Of a stretch of 64,000 nt of DNA, positions 42,779-52,559 are shown piece by piece; position 1 is the stretch's first letter; each line of letters opens with the position of its first letter. The notes under the pieces were generated by a model. It saw only the letters and a program-made list of their open reading frames with translations, did no database searches and was not told the DNA's origin. The stretch lies in contig CAKONZ010000003.1 in NCBI GenBank assembly GCA_934098525.1, positions 69,579-133,578 of the forward strand. The letters run 5' to 3'. Position numbers and translations under genes: made by a program. This stretch comes from an uncultured Bacilli bacterium. GTDB lineage: Bacteria; Bacillota_I; Bacilli_A; RF39; UBA660.

Positions 42779-43039
42779 ATGAAAGATAAAGTAAAATTAA
42801 AAGAAATACTGGCATCACATATCATTATTGCTATCTTAATCGCAATTTATTACTGGTGTTGGGCTAGAAATGATTGGAAGGGTTATTATGTAACAATACA
42901 AAATACAATAGGAATATTTGCTTTTTTATTTTTTATTGTACAATCTATTCGAATTTCGAAATATAAAAGGGAAGTAAATGATGAAATGTCAATTGTTAGA
43001 GTTATGTTATTTTATATTATAGACAAAAAAGGATGTTAA
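42779..43039 (+). CDS. Hypothetical small membrane protein (86 aa)
   Basis: Two predicted TM helices; no homology recognised. Confidence 0.4.
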   Translation: MKDKVKLKEILASHIIIAILIAIYYWCWARNDWKGYYVTIQNTIGIFAFLFFIVQSIRISKYKREVNDEMSIVRVMLFYIIDKKGC

Positions 43040-43040
43040 A

Positions 43041-43247
43041 ATGAAACTTATAACTAAAATAAAAGAATATCGTGAAAAAATGGGTATGAAGCAATCCGAA
43101 TTAGCTGAACTTGTGAATATCAGAAGAGAGACTATTGTATGCTTATAAAATGGAAAGTATAATCCATCATTACGATTGGCTATGGATATTGCAAAAGTTT
43201 TTAATGTACAAGTTGAGGATTTATTTTCATTTATTGATGAAAAATAA
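43041..43247 (+). pseudogene. XRE/Cro-C1-type HTH transcriptional regulator interrupted by an in-frame TAA
   Basis: MKLITKIKEYREKMGMKQSELAELVNIRRETIVCL*NGKYNPSLRLAMDIAKVFNVQVEDLFSFIDEK in a single frame; stop at 43146-43148. Confidence 0.65.
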
Positions 43248-43423
43248 GTTACTATTTAATAATAGTTTATAGAGTATAAGATCTAGAAATAGATCTTTTT
43301 TTGTAATTTATAAGGTTTTTTATACTAAAATTATGAATTAACTTATAGTTTAGAAAATATTTAAAGTGAAAAGTTGCAATATAGATATATTAATGTTAGA
43401 CTATTTATAGTAGGTGATGTGAG

Positions 43424-44587
43424 TTGAAAAATTATGATAGTTATAATAATGGTCATTTGATGGCTACTTCAGAAATAGCAGAGGATAATTATGAAAAGGT
43501 CGCTAAAGAATGGGCAGAGGGTAGTGAAAATTTAGAGGCTTTATTGCTTTATTGTTTAAAGAATGGTATTGTTACACAATCTAGTTGTAGGGGACATAGT
43601 GATGATGGTTATGCTTTTGTTCAATTTGAATTAAATGAGGCAAATATGAAATCAATTGTTAAGATAGTAAATCGTTATTATAATTTAGATGGTGTTAGTA
43701 TGAACTTTATTAGTGAACCGGGGAATATTTCTAAATTTTCGATACATGTGCCTAAAAAAATAAGTGAGTTATTTTTTAAAGATATGTTGTCTCAATTATC
43801 TAATGGCATTGATTTGGAAATTGATTCTTTAACAGATGATATGAAAAACACATTAGAAGTTATGATGAATCATAAAGTTCCATTTGAGCTTTTAGAAGTT
43901 AATTATTCAAAGACTAATGATCAAAAACAATTGTATGTTTTTTCGAGTAATCAAGATTATTTTGATACTAATCTTTTTAATGATCCTGATTATAAAATAT
44001 ATACTGGGGATGGAATTGGTTTTGAAAGTACTCCTGAAAAAATTCTTCCAATTATTAAGGATGTTTCAAAAAAATCAGATGTTAAGTATGATGAATTTAT
44101 AAAAGATGGTTTAAAATATGAAGATATAAACATTCAAAAGTTTGCTAAGGAAATGTATGAAAAAAAATCAGTTGGAGAGTTTAATGGGTTTAATGTAGAT
44201 GGTTCAAAGTATACAAGTCCTGAAGAAATAGTAAATGCATATTTTAAAAATCTTGAGAAGGCAAAGTATGGATTTGTTAATAGTAATAAAAATGATAGTC
44301 ATGATATTAAAAACATTGAAAATGATTCTGAAAATAATATAAGTCCAATTGTTGCTAATGCAAAGGCTACAATTGAAAATGATCAAGTTAGACAAGAAGA
44401 AAAAACAATAGTTGAAGTTTTACCAGGAATGAGTATAGAAGAAGTTGCAAGAGCAGTATGTGGAAAAAGATATATTTGTAAATTTAATAATTTTGTAATA
44501 GATGGAACAACATATACAAGTCCTGAAGAAATAATAGATGCATATTTTAAGTCTTGGGAAGAGGGCAAGAAAAAAAGCTCGAGATAA
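43424..44587 (+). CDS. Hypothetical protein (387 aa) with duplicated ~36-aa C-terminal module; TTG start
   Basis: Internal repeat xFNxFxxDGxxYTSPEEIxxAYFK at aa ~250-285 and ~350-385. Confidence 0.5.
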   Translation: MKNYDSYNNGHLMATSEIAEDNYEKVAKEWAEGSENLEALLLYCLKNGIVTQSSCRGHSDDGYAFVQFELNEANMKSIVKIVNRYYNLDGVSMNFISEPGNISKFSIHVPKKISELFFKDMLSQLSNGIDLEIDSLTDDMKNTLEVMMNHKVPFELLEVNYSKTNDQKQLYVFSSNQDYFDTNLFNDPDYKIYTGDGIGFESTPEKILPIIKDVSKKSDVKYDEFIKDGLKYEDINIQKFAKEMYEKKSVGEFNGFNVDGSKYTSPEEIVNAYFKNLEKAKYGFVNSNKNDSHDIKNIENDSENNISPIVANAKATIENDQVRQEEKTIVEVLPGMSIEEVARAVCGKRYICKFNNFVIDGTTYTSPEEIIDAYFKSWEEGKKKSSR

Positions 44588-44757
44588 TTTGTTATTAACG
44601 ATAAAAATATAGAGTAACAAGATTATATTTTTGCCATAATATATATTAGACGTCAATCGCTTTTGGCGTTTATATAGATTGAGAGCTTATGCTCTCTTTT
44701 TAAAATAGTTTTATATTTTTTCTTATCATGGTATAATGTTATTAGGATGGTGAGAAT

Positions 44758-45693
44758 ATGAATATAGATAAATATTTGAATGAACTTGATTCACTTTATT
44801 CTTATGATATTCGCACTAAAAACGCATTAAAAAAGATTATTCCATGTATGATAAGATATTATGGTAATGAATATGAAAATATAATTTTATCTGCTATTAG
44901 AGATTGTGAAATTATTCATTGTGATTCTTTTCAAACAATATCAAAAGTTTTAAATAGTAATAATTTAAGTGATGCTGTTTATGAAATAAAGAATAATGAT
45001 GGAGTTTATGTTTCTAAACCTAATATTGTTTATGATGACGTTAATAATGAATTTATTGTTAGTGATGTTATTAGAAAAATTGTTATTTCTCATACATATA
45101 ATTTTGATTCTCCAAAGGGTTTAGAAGTTTTGACATTACAGTTGTGCTGCCTTGTTAAGAGTTATTATAAGGAATATTTTATTCAGGATAATATATTACA
45201 AAAGAATAATGGTATAGCTATTACAAGACAAAAAATTAATTATAATACGGGTAATATCACACTTGATTTTTTGGATTCTTCTAATCATTCTTTGGAAGAG
45301 GGAATGAATTATTATGATACTGAAAGAATAGTTTCTAATGTTTTGAATGATACTTATAAGTGTTATGGATTTGATTCTATTTATTCTATTGCTATGATTT
45401 TGAAGGAAAAATATAGATTAAAATCTATTATTAATAGGGCAGAGATTTTGAAAGATATGTTTACATTAAAAAGAATATATAATGTTGATCCGGATGATTT
45501 TGATAAATTATCTGTACTTGCTGATAATTGTTATGAACTAGAGGAAAAAATGATTGTATATTCTATGACAAGAGAGGAAAAAAATAAAATTAGAGAAGAA
45601 CTTACTAATTTGTTATCAAAGGATGTATATAATTGTTTGGTTAAATATATTAGTTTGGATAATAAAAAAGAGTTTAAAACTTCTGAGATTTAA
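44758..45693 (+). CDS. Hypothetical protein (311 aa)
   Basis: ORF with no recognisable motif. Confidence 0.5.
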   Translation: MNIDKYLNELDSLYSYDIRTKNALKKIIPCMIRYYGNEYENIILSAIRDCEIIHCDSFQTISKVLNSNNLSDAVYEIKNNDGVYVSKPNIVYDDVNNEFIVSDVIRKIVISHTYNFDSPKGLEVLTLQLCCLVKSYYKEYFIQDNILQKNNGIAITRQKINYNTGNITLDFLDSSNHSLEEGMNYYDTERIVSNVLNDTYKCYGFDSIYSIAMILKEKYRLKSIINRAEILKDMFTLKRIYNVDPDDFDKLSVLADNCYELEEKMIVYSMTREEKNKIREELTNLLSKDVYNCLVKYISLDNKKEFKTSEI

Positions 45694-46561
45694 AATCAGG
45701 AATAAAACTCTTTTTTTGTGTTTTACCTTTTTGAATATAGGCATTTTTAATACCTAAATCACAGGCATAGTTAATTACATCGTTATATTCTTTATTTGTT
45801 ATTGTTCTATTTAAATTGTCATATTCTAATTTTCTTATATTTGTATACTGATTCATTATACTAATAAAAATATTATCATTATATTTTTCGTATAAGTATT
45901 TTAATATTCTTTTGGAATCTTTTGTTAGATTTGGTAATATTAAGTGTCTAACAATTACTCCTTTTTTTAGAATACCTTTTTCAAATATTGGTTTTCCTAC
46001 TTGATTATACATTTCTTCAATTGCTTGACTAGCAAATTTAAAATAGTTTTTACAATTTGAGTATTTTATTGCATAAAAATCAGAATAGTATTTTAAATCT
46101 GGGAGATAGATATCTATATAACCGTTTAGCATTTTAATTGTTTCTATATTTTCATATCCATTAGTGTTATATACTATTGGAATTTTTAACCCTTTTTTTC
46201 TTGCTAATTTTATACCTTCAATAATTAATGGTACAAAATGTGTTGGGGTTACTAAGTTAATATTTAAGGCTTTTTTATTTTGTAGATCAATACATATATC
46301 ACTAAATTTTTCTATTGTTATTTCTTGCCCTATATTTTCTGTACTTATTTCATAGTTTTGACAAAATATACATTTTAAATTACAGTTGGAAAAAAATATT
46401 GTACCTGAACCATTTTTCCCTGATATACATGGTTCTTCCCAATAATGAAGAGCTGCTCTTGCTATTTTTATTTTATCTTTAGCCATGCAATATCCTGTTG
46501 TTACATGTCTATTTATTTTACAATTTCTTGGGCATAATGTACAAGAAGATAATACATCCAT
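45674..46561 (-). CDS. Radical SAM protein, PflX family (putative glycyl-radical-enzyme activase-like)
   Basis: N-terminal CTLCPRNC cluster plus CNLKCIFC (Cx3Cx2C) radical-SAM motif; ATG 46561 after GGTGA. Confidence 0.7.
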   Translation of the reverse strand: MDVLSSCTLCPRNCKINRHVTTGYCMAKDKIKIARAALHYWEEPCISGKNGSGTIFFSNCNLKCIFCQNYEISTENIGQEITIEKFSDICIDLQNKKALNINLVTPTHFVPLIIEGIKLARKKGLKIPIVYNTNGYENIETIKMLNGYIDIYLPDLKYYSDFYAIKYSNCKNYFKFASQAIEEMYNQVGKPIFEKGILKKGVIVRHLILPNLTKDSKRILKYLYEKYNDNIFISIMNQYTNIRKLEYDNLNRTITNKEYNDVINYACDLGIKNAYIQKGKTQKKSFIPDFKSQKF

Positions 46562-46610
46562 AGTTATCACCAATGTTTATTATACAAAAAAAGCTTTTTT
46601 ATTTCAAAGC

Positions 46611-48239
46611 TTATTTTTGTATATGTAATTTTTTTAATATTTTATTTATATATTCTTTTCCAAATGACTCATATAGGCCATTGTTTTTATACATTATTAC
46701 AAAATATAATAGTGATGCTAAAATAGCATATACAATTATTATTAGAATAGAATAAGTATAACTTATACTTTTTATTGGTAATATTGTTTTTTCTAATAAT
46801 ACTATTAGTGCTATCATTGATAAACATGGGATAATCATTTTTTTGATTACTGTTTTTATTTGACTATAATTGAATTTGAATTCCTTTTTTAAATATATGA
46901 ATACAATTATATATGATATTATAAATCCTATTATTGTAGATATTATTGTTCCATAAAATGGATGTATTCCTATTTTGTTTAAAAATAGAATCATAGGTAT
47001 ATCGAGAATGGCATTTACAGATAGTCCTACAATAGAATTTAAATATATTATTTTGAATTTTTTTACACCTTGTAAAGTGTTGTTTATAACGCTTAATATA
47101 CCTGCTAGAACATTTACTACTGCTAAATATTTAAGAATTAGTGGACCATATTTACTAGCACCATAAAATAAGTAATAAATTGGTTCTGATAATAAAATTA
47201 TTCCTATTCCCATTGGAACTGTTATAGCTAATATCATTGATATAGCTTGGTTAAATATTCTGTTAACATTGTCTAAATCATTTTTAGTATAACTACTAAT
47301 GATATGAGGAATAAGACTTGTTACTAGTCCCATAGATACTGCAATTATAATCATACATATTTTTGGACCCCATGTACATATTATACTTGATATCAATTCA
47401 CTATCTTTAGCGGGATATCCTATCATGTATAATCCTTTAATTATTAGTTTCATATCTACTAGATCATATAGATTTGCTACTATTGATGTGATTATTAAAG
47501 GAATACAATAGGATATTATTTTTTTAATTATTTCTTTGTTAGTTACGTTATCAATTTTTTCTTCTTCCTTAAATAAGTTTTTCTCTTTTTTAGTTTTTAT
47601 TTTTAAATATAGGTATGCTATTAAACCTCCAAAAAATGCTCCGGATAAAGCGACTGATACTCCGATTGGTATTGAGGTCTTAAAGACGTTTATTGCTAAG
47701 TAAGAACCAATTAATATTATAGCTATTCTTGTTATTTGTTCGATTACTTGGCTTACTGATGAGGCTGCTATGTATTTATTTCCTTGTAGATATCCTCTTA
47801 ATACACTTAAAAATGGTATTATTAATAGACAAAATGATATAGCTTTAATTACTAGAGAAACGTCTTCTATTTTGTTACCACCTTCTATTCCTCTTAGAAA
47901 GTAAGAACCTATAATATCTGAACCAAAAAATACTATTAAGAATGATATTAATGATATTATAATAATAACTTTTTTACTTATTTTATAAGCTCTTTCTTTT
48001 GCTTCGTATTTTTTTAAACTTGAGTATTCACTTATAATCATACTGACTGCTACTGGTATTCCAGCAGTTGAAATATTTAAGAATAAATTGTATATGTTAT
48101 AAGCATATGAGTATAAAACACCACCATTTTCTCCTATTATTGAATAAAATGGTATTACATATAAAGCTCCAAATACTTTTGTTAATAATATAGCTATTGC
48201 TGCTATTACTGTTCCTTCTACAAATGAATTTTTTTTCAT
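46611..48239 (-). CDS. MOP-superfamily polysaccharide biosynthesis protein / oligosaccharide flippase (SpoVB/Wzx-like)
   Basis: Fourteen-TM profile typical of the Polysacc_synt family. Confidence 0.6.
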   Translation of the reverse strand: MKKNSFVEGTVIAAIAILLTKVFGALYVIPFYSIIGENGGVLYSYAYNIYNLFLNISTAGIPVAVSMIISEYSSLKKYEAKERAYKISKKVIIIISLISFLIVFFGSDIIGSYFLRGIEGGNKIEDVSLVIKAISFCLLIIPFLSVLRGYLQGNKYIAASSVSQVIEQITRIAIILIGSYLAINVFKTSIPIGVSVALSGAFFGGLIAYLYLKIKTKKEKNLFKEEEKIDNVTNKEIIKKIISYCIPLIITSIVANLYDLVDMKLIIKGLYMIGYPAKDSELISSIICTWGPKICMIIIAVSMGLVTSLIPHIISSYTKNDLDNVNRIFNQAISMILAITVPMGIGIILLSEPIYYLFYGASKYGPLILKYLAVVNVLAGILSVINNTLQGVKKFKIIYLNSIVGLSVNAILDIPMILFLNKIGIHPFYGTIISTIIGFIISYIIVFIYLKKEFKFNYSQIKTVIKKMIIPCLSMIALIVLLEKTILPIKSISYTYSILIIIVYAILASLLYFVIMYKNNGLYESFGKEYINKILKKLHIQK

Positions 48240-48344
48240 ATAATTTCTCCTGTTTTTAATATATTAGTATTATAACATATTTTTTTATTTATTTGCTTTT
48301 TTATATGCTTGGTGATAAAATATTTTGTACTTTGGGTGATAATT

Positions 48345-49361
48345 ATGTTTATTAAAGACATTAAAAGAATAAAAAATGATAGTTTTGAAATTTTATCTAT
48401 TAATGATATAGAAAATTATATTGAGTATCCTCTTATAAAAGCTCATGAGGAATTTTTTTGTAAAAATATTAAAACAGTTATGAGTAGTTCAAACAAAAGA
48501 AATGTTCTTTGGCTTGATGATGATAATAATAGTTTGGATTATACATGGTATGGAAATAATTTTAATTTTGGAAAAGGATATGCTTGGATTATGCTTGATT
48601 ATGATTTGTTAAGTGATTCTAATAAAGATATAATTGGAAAATTATGTGATGATGATCTTGTTATTTTAGCAGTTCATCCTGATACTAATAGTTATATTTC
48701 TAAATTACAGGCTTTAAATCATAATCCATATAAAGATGATCCTAGGTATGTTGATTTTTATTCTAAATGTTTATGTGTTAATACTACAAAATATTGTGAA
48801 CGTTCAGTTATTCTTAGATATCCAGTTGATGAAAATACTTTAGATTCTTCTGTGGAGGAGTATTTTTTAAGCTTGTCTAAGGTATTTAAAAAACAAGATA
48901 AAATGATTGATGGTAATAGAAGTATATTAAATAGTTATTTAAAAAAATATAATGTTTTGTTAGAAAGATATGGTTATAATATTGATTCTTTAAATATTTT
49001 AAATCCTGATTTTGCTTCTGATATAGCTTGTTTAATATTTATTATTTCTACTTTAGAAATTAATGATAATTTTGATAGTTATAAATCTATTTCTAATGTA
49101 AATATTCATATGGGGATTGGGGATAATCCTGTTGCTATAGAGTTTTACTATGAATCTAAGAAGAGAATAATTTCATTAGATAATAATGATTATGGAAATG
49201 AAACAATTTATTTTGGTACTACTAATGATTTGGAGAAACTTAATAAAGAAAAAAAACTATTATCTGATTTTTCAAGTTTTTATTCTTCTAAATATTGTAA
49301 TGAATTAGTTACTAATATTGACGTTAAAAATAAAAGAATATTAAAAGATACTTTAAATTAG
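48345..49361 (+). CDS. Hypothetical protein (338 aa)
   Basis: ATG 48345 after GGGTGA; no recognisable domain. Confidence 0.45.
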   Translation: MFIKDIKRIKNDSFEILSINDIENYIEYPLIKAHEEFFCKNIKTVMSSSNKRNVLWLDDDNNSLDYTWYGNNFNFGKGYAWIMLDYDLLSDSNKDIIGKLCDDDLVILAVHPDTNSYISKLQALNHNPYKDDPRYVDFYSKCLCVNTTKYCERSVILRYPVDENTLDSSVEEYFLSLSKVFKKQDKMIDGNRSILNSYLKKYNVLLERYGYNIDSLNILNPDFASDIACLIFIISTLEINDNFDSYKSISNVNIHMGIGDNPVAIEFYYESKKRIISLDNNDYGNETIYFGTTNDLEKLNKEKKLLSDFSSFYSSKYCNELVTNIDVKNKRILKDTLN

Positions 49362-49402
49362 TTGGTATTTTAGATATAATTAATCTGATAAGGAGTGATA
49401 TT

Positions 49403-49702
49403 ATGGATTTAGCTTTAATAGTAATATTACTTGTTTTAGTAATTATTATTTTTAAAGATATTAAATGGACAATATATTTAATTGGAATATTAGAAATATT
49501 TTTTAGATTAGTTCATTATATAGGAGATCATTTAGGGGTTGTTGAGCTAAATGCTTTAATAAATAATTATATACCTTCTATATTTTCTGTTATTGCAAGA
49601 TATTCAAGTGGAATCATTTATGATATTTTATCATGGGTTTTAGTGGTATGTTTTTGTATGTTTTTATTTTATTTAATTAAGTATTTTTTTCATAAAAAAT
49701 AA
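49403..49702 (+). CDS. Hypothetical small membrane protein (99 aa)
   Basis: Three predicted TM segments. Confidence 0.4.
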   Translation: MDLALIVILLVLVIIIFKDIKWTIYLIGILEIFFRLVHYIGDHLGVVELNALINNYIPSIFSVIARYSSGIIYDILSWVLVVCFCMFLFYLIKYFFHKK

Positions 49703-49720
49703 TATAAAGAAGGGTGTTAT

Positions 49721-50920
49721 ATGAGAATAGGACTTTTTACTGATGTTTATTTACCTTATGTTAGTGGTGTTGTTACTGCTGTTGATTCTTTAAGGGAAGC
49801 ATTAGAAAAGGAAGGACATGAAGTATTTATTGTTACAATTAATGCTGATAAAGGATTTAAGTATAAGAGGGAAGGACATGTAATTAGAATACCTGGGATA
49901 CCTTCGGGGATATATGATTATTCAATAAGAATTACTTATCCTTTTAAAGCTGTTGAGATGGTAAAAAAATTAAATTTAGATATAATTCATGCTCATACTG
50001 AGTTTGGAATTGGTAGATTTGGTAAGTCTATGGCTAAGAAATTAGGAATACCTTTTGTTCAGACTTTTCATACTTTGTATGAAGATGCTGTTGGATATGT
50101 TACAAAAGGGTTATTTCCTAGACTTAGTAATAGAGCAGTAATTAAGGCTATTAAACTTTATTATAGTGAGTTTATAGATCAAATTGTTGTTCCTAGCGAT
50201 AAAGTTTATGATATATTAAAAAATAAATATAAGTTAAAACCTGAGATCAATGTTATTCCTAATGGAGTTAGAATTGAACAATTTTATAAGGAAAAGTATA
50301 AGGAAAGGAATATATCAAAATTAAGAAAAGAATTGGGAATAAATCCTGATGATTTTGTGATTCTTTGGGTAGGAAGATTAGGATATGAAAAGAATATTAA
50401 ATTTTTAATTGAGAATCATAAAACATTAACGAATTATAATAAAAATGCTAAATTACTTATAGTAGGGGGAGGACCCGAAGAAGAAAATTTAAAGAAATTA
50501 GCTATTGATTTAGGCATTGCTAATAATGTTATTTTTACTGGTAAGATAAAATATGAAGATGTAGGATTATATTATCAAATAGGTAGTGTTTTATCTTCAG
50601 CTTCAACATTTGAAACACAAGGTCTTACTTTGATAGAGGCATTAGCGGCATCAAAACCTTTGGTTTGTATAAAAGATGAAAGTTTTACTAGTATAATTGA
50701 AAATAATTATAATGGTATTATATTTAAAAATAAGAGTGAATATGTTAAAGCTATGATATCACTTATGGATAATAATATAAGACTCAAAGAAATGAGTTAT
50801 AATGCGAGAGAATCTTCTAATGCATATCTTTTAAAGACATATGCTATAAGGATGCTTAATGTTTATGATAAAGCTATTAAACATTATCAAATTAAGAATA
50901 ACAATAATAGTACCAAATAA
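49721..50920 (+). CDS. GT4-family glycosyltransferase (diacylglycerol glycosyltransferase-like)
   Basis: MRIGLFTDVYLPYVSGVVTAV N-terminus and C-terminal ExxxGLTLIEALA motif typical of GT4 retaining enzymes. Confidence 0.75.
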   Translation: MRIGLFTDVYLPYVSGVVTAVDSLREALEKEGHEVFIVTINADKGFKYKREGHVIRIPGIPSGIYDYSIRITYPFKAVEMVKKLNLDIIHAHTEFGIGRFGKSMAKKLGIPFVQTFHTLYEDAVGYVTKGLFPRLSNRAVIKAIKLYYSEFIDQIVVPSDKVYDILKNKYKLKPEINVIPNGVRIEQFYKEKYKERNISKLRKELGINPDDFVILWVGRLGYEKNIKFLIENHKTLTNYNKNAKLLIVGGGPEEENLKKLAIDLGIANNVIFTGKIKYEDVGLYYQIGSVLSSASTFETQGLTLIEALAASKPLVCIKDESFTSIIENNYNGIIFKNKSEYVKAMISLMDNNIRLKEMSYNARESSNAYLLKTYAIRMLNVYDKAIKHYQIKNNNNSTK

Positions 50921-51622
50921 AATTGATATGAAAATTATTTTATAATATTTATATTTTATTGCTGTAGGAAATAATTCATATGTTGAAATGTATATCATTA
51001 TACCTGCTATAAATGAGAATAGAATTCCTAGGAATAAGTTATTTATTATTGGAGTTAAGAATAAATAGGCTATTAATGCCCCAAATGGTTCAGATAAGGC
51101 TGATATTAGGGTGTATAATATAGCCTTTTTTTTGTTTTTGGTTGAATAAAATATTGGTAGTGCTATGCTTATTCCTTCTGGTATGTTATGGATTGCTATA
51201 GCTATGGTTAGTTTTACTCCTAATTTTATATTATTTGATGTAGTCATAAATGTAGCTATTCCTTCTGGTATGTTATGAAGAATAATTGCTATCATACTTA
51301 TGATTCCTATTTTATATAAATTATTATTTTCAGGAATTAATTTATTAAAAATACTTGATATTATAACACCTATAGTTATTGTTATAAGACATATTATAAT
51401 AGAGGGTATTTTGTTAAAATAATTATTTATAAATTCTATCCCTTCAGGCATTAAATCTAGAATTGATATTAAAAACATAACACTTGATGCAAAAGACAAA
51501 CCAAATGTTATTATTTTGTTATGGTGTTTAGTATTTATTAATAAAATAAGACATCCTAGCATAGTTGAAAAACCTGCTATTGAAGTTAATAAAAATGATA
51601 TTTTGAAATTCATTGTTTTCAC
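50831..51622 (-). CDS. zupT: ZIP-family zinc/metal transporter (ZupT-like)
   Basis: Two HNIPEGI(A/S) signatures; eight TM segments. Confidence 0.8.
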   Translation of the reverse strand: MKTMNFKISFLLTSIAGFSTMLGCLILLINTKHHNKIITFGLSFASSVMFLISILDLMPEGIEFINNYFNKIPSIIICLITITIGVIISSIFNKLIPENNNLYKIGIISMIAIILHNIPEGIATFMTTSNNIKLGVKLTIAIAIHNIPEGISIALPIFYSTKNKKKAILYTLISALSEPFGALIAYLFLTPIINNLFLGILFSFIAGIMIYISTYELFPTAIKYKYYKIIFISILFGTIIVILNLIMFNSFIINIKHPYSICL

Positions 51623-51675
51623 CTATAATAATATTATTTTATTTGTTTGAAAAAGATGTATTTATACTTTTGTAG

Positions 51676-52476
51676 TTAATCTTTATTCATCGATGAATAT
51701 GTTATGAAAAAACATATTATTCCAACTATAATCGAAATGAAAAATTCAATGTTAATTATTATTTTTTGAGGAATTAAAGTTGCTACTGTTGATATTGTAA
51801 AACCTAGTATAGCAAAAAATGTATAGCTATAATATTTTTTAAATAGATTTGTTAGTATTTTTGATAATATTAGAAAACCTGTTATTAATCCTATTAAGAT
51901 AGGTATTAATAGTTTTATATTTAAAGTACTTATTGCTTCAATATAAGTATTGTAAAAATTAAATAGATTTAATATAACTGTTGTAGAGATTCCTGGAATT
52001 ATTGTGGATATTGATATTAAGAAACCGATTAATATTAAAGAAAGAAAATTGATATTATTAATATTGATGTTATTAATATTATTGTTTTTTACAAAAAGGA
52101 GAAACAGTCCTATTGAGAATGTTATAAAAAATGGTATTAGATAGGATGGTTTATATCCTTTTTTTGTTGCTTTATAAAATAAATGGGGAAATGTTCCTAG
52201 AATGAAACCTGTAAAAATAATATAGGTTCCCATTGGAAATTTGTTTATAAAGAAAAAGATTATATTGCTAAAAATATATGTTCCTACTAGTATTCCTAAT
52301 CCTATTGGAAATAAAAAGATTATAGATTTTTTAAAGTCTTTAAATATGTTACTTATTGCTTCAATACATTTTTCATAAAGATTAAAAATTATTAGGAAAG
52401 CACTACCACTTAGACCAGGAACAATATTTCCTATTCCTGCTATTATACCTTTTAAAAAATTTTTCATATACATCAC
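51676..52476 (-). CDS. DUF368-family membrane protein (putative polyprenyl-phosphate translocase-like)
   Basis: Internal two-fold repeat with PG(L/I)S(G/T)(S/T) motifs. Confidence 0.5.
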   Translation of the reverse strand: MMYMKNFLKGIIAGIGNIVPGLSGSAFLIIFNLYEKCIEAISNIFKDFKKSIIFLFPIGLGILVGTYIFSNIIFFFINKFPMGTYIIFTGFILGTFPHLFYKATKKGYKPSYLIPFFITFSIGLFLLFVKNNNINNININNINFLSLILIGFLISISTIIPGISTTVILNLFNFYNTYIEAISTLNIKLLIPILIGLITGFLILSKILTNLFKKYYSYTFFAILGFTISTVATLIPQKIIINIEFFISIIVGIICFFITYSSMNKD

Positions 52477-52559
52477 AATATATTTTATATTAAAATTTGT
52501 AGAAATATGATTATTCTAAATTATATAAATTGTTAATATATTTTACAAGGTGATAGTTG

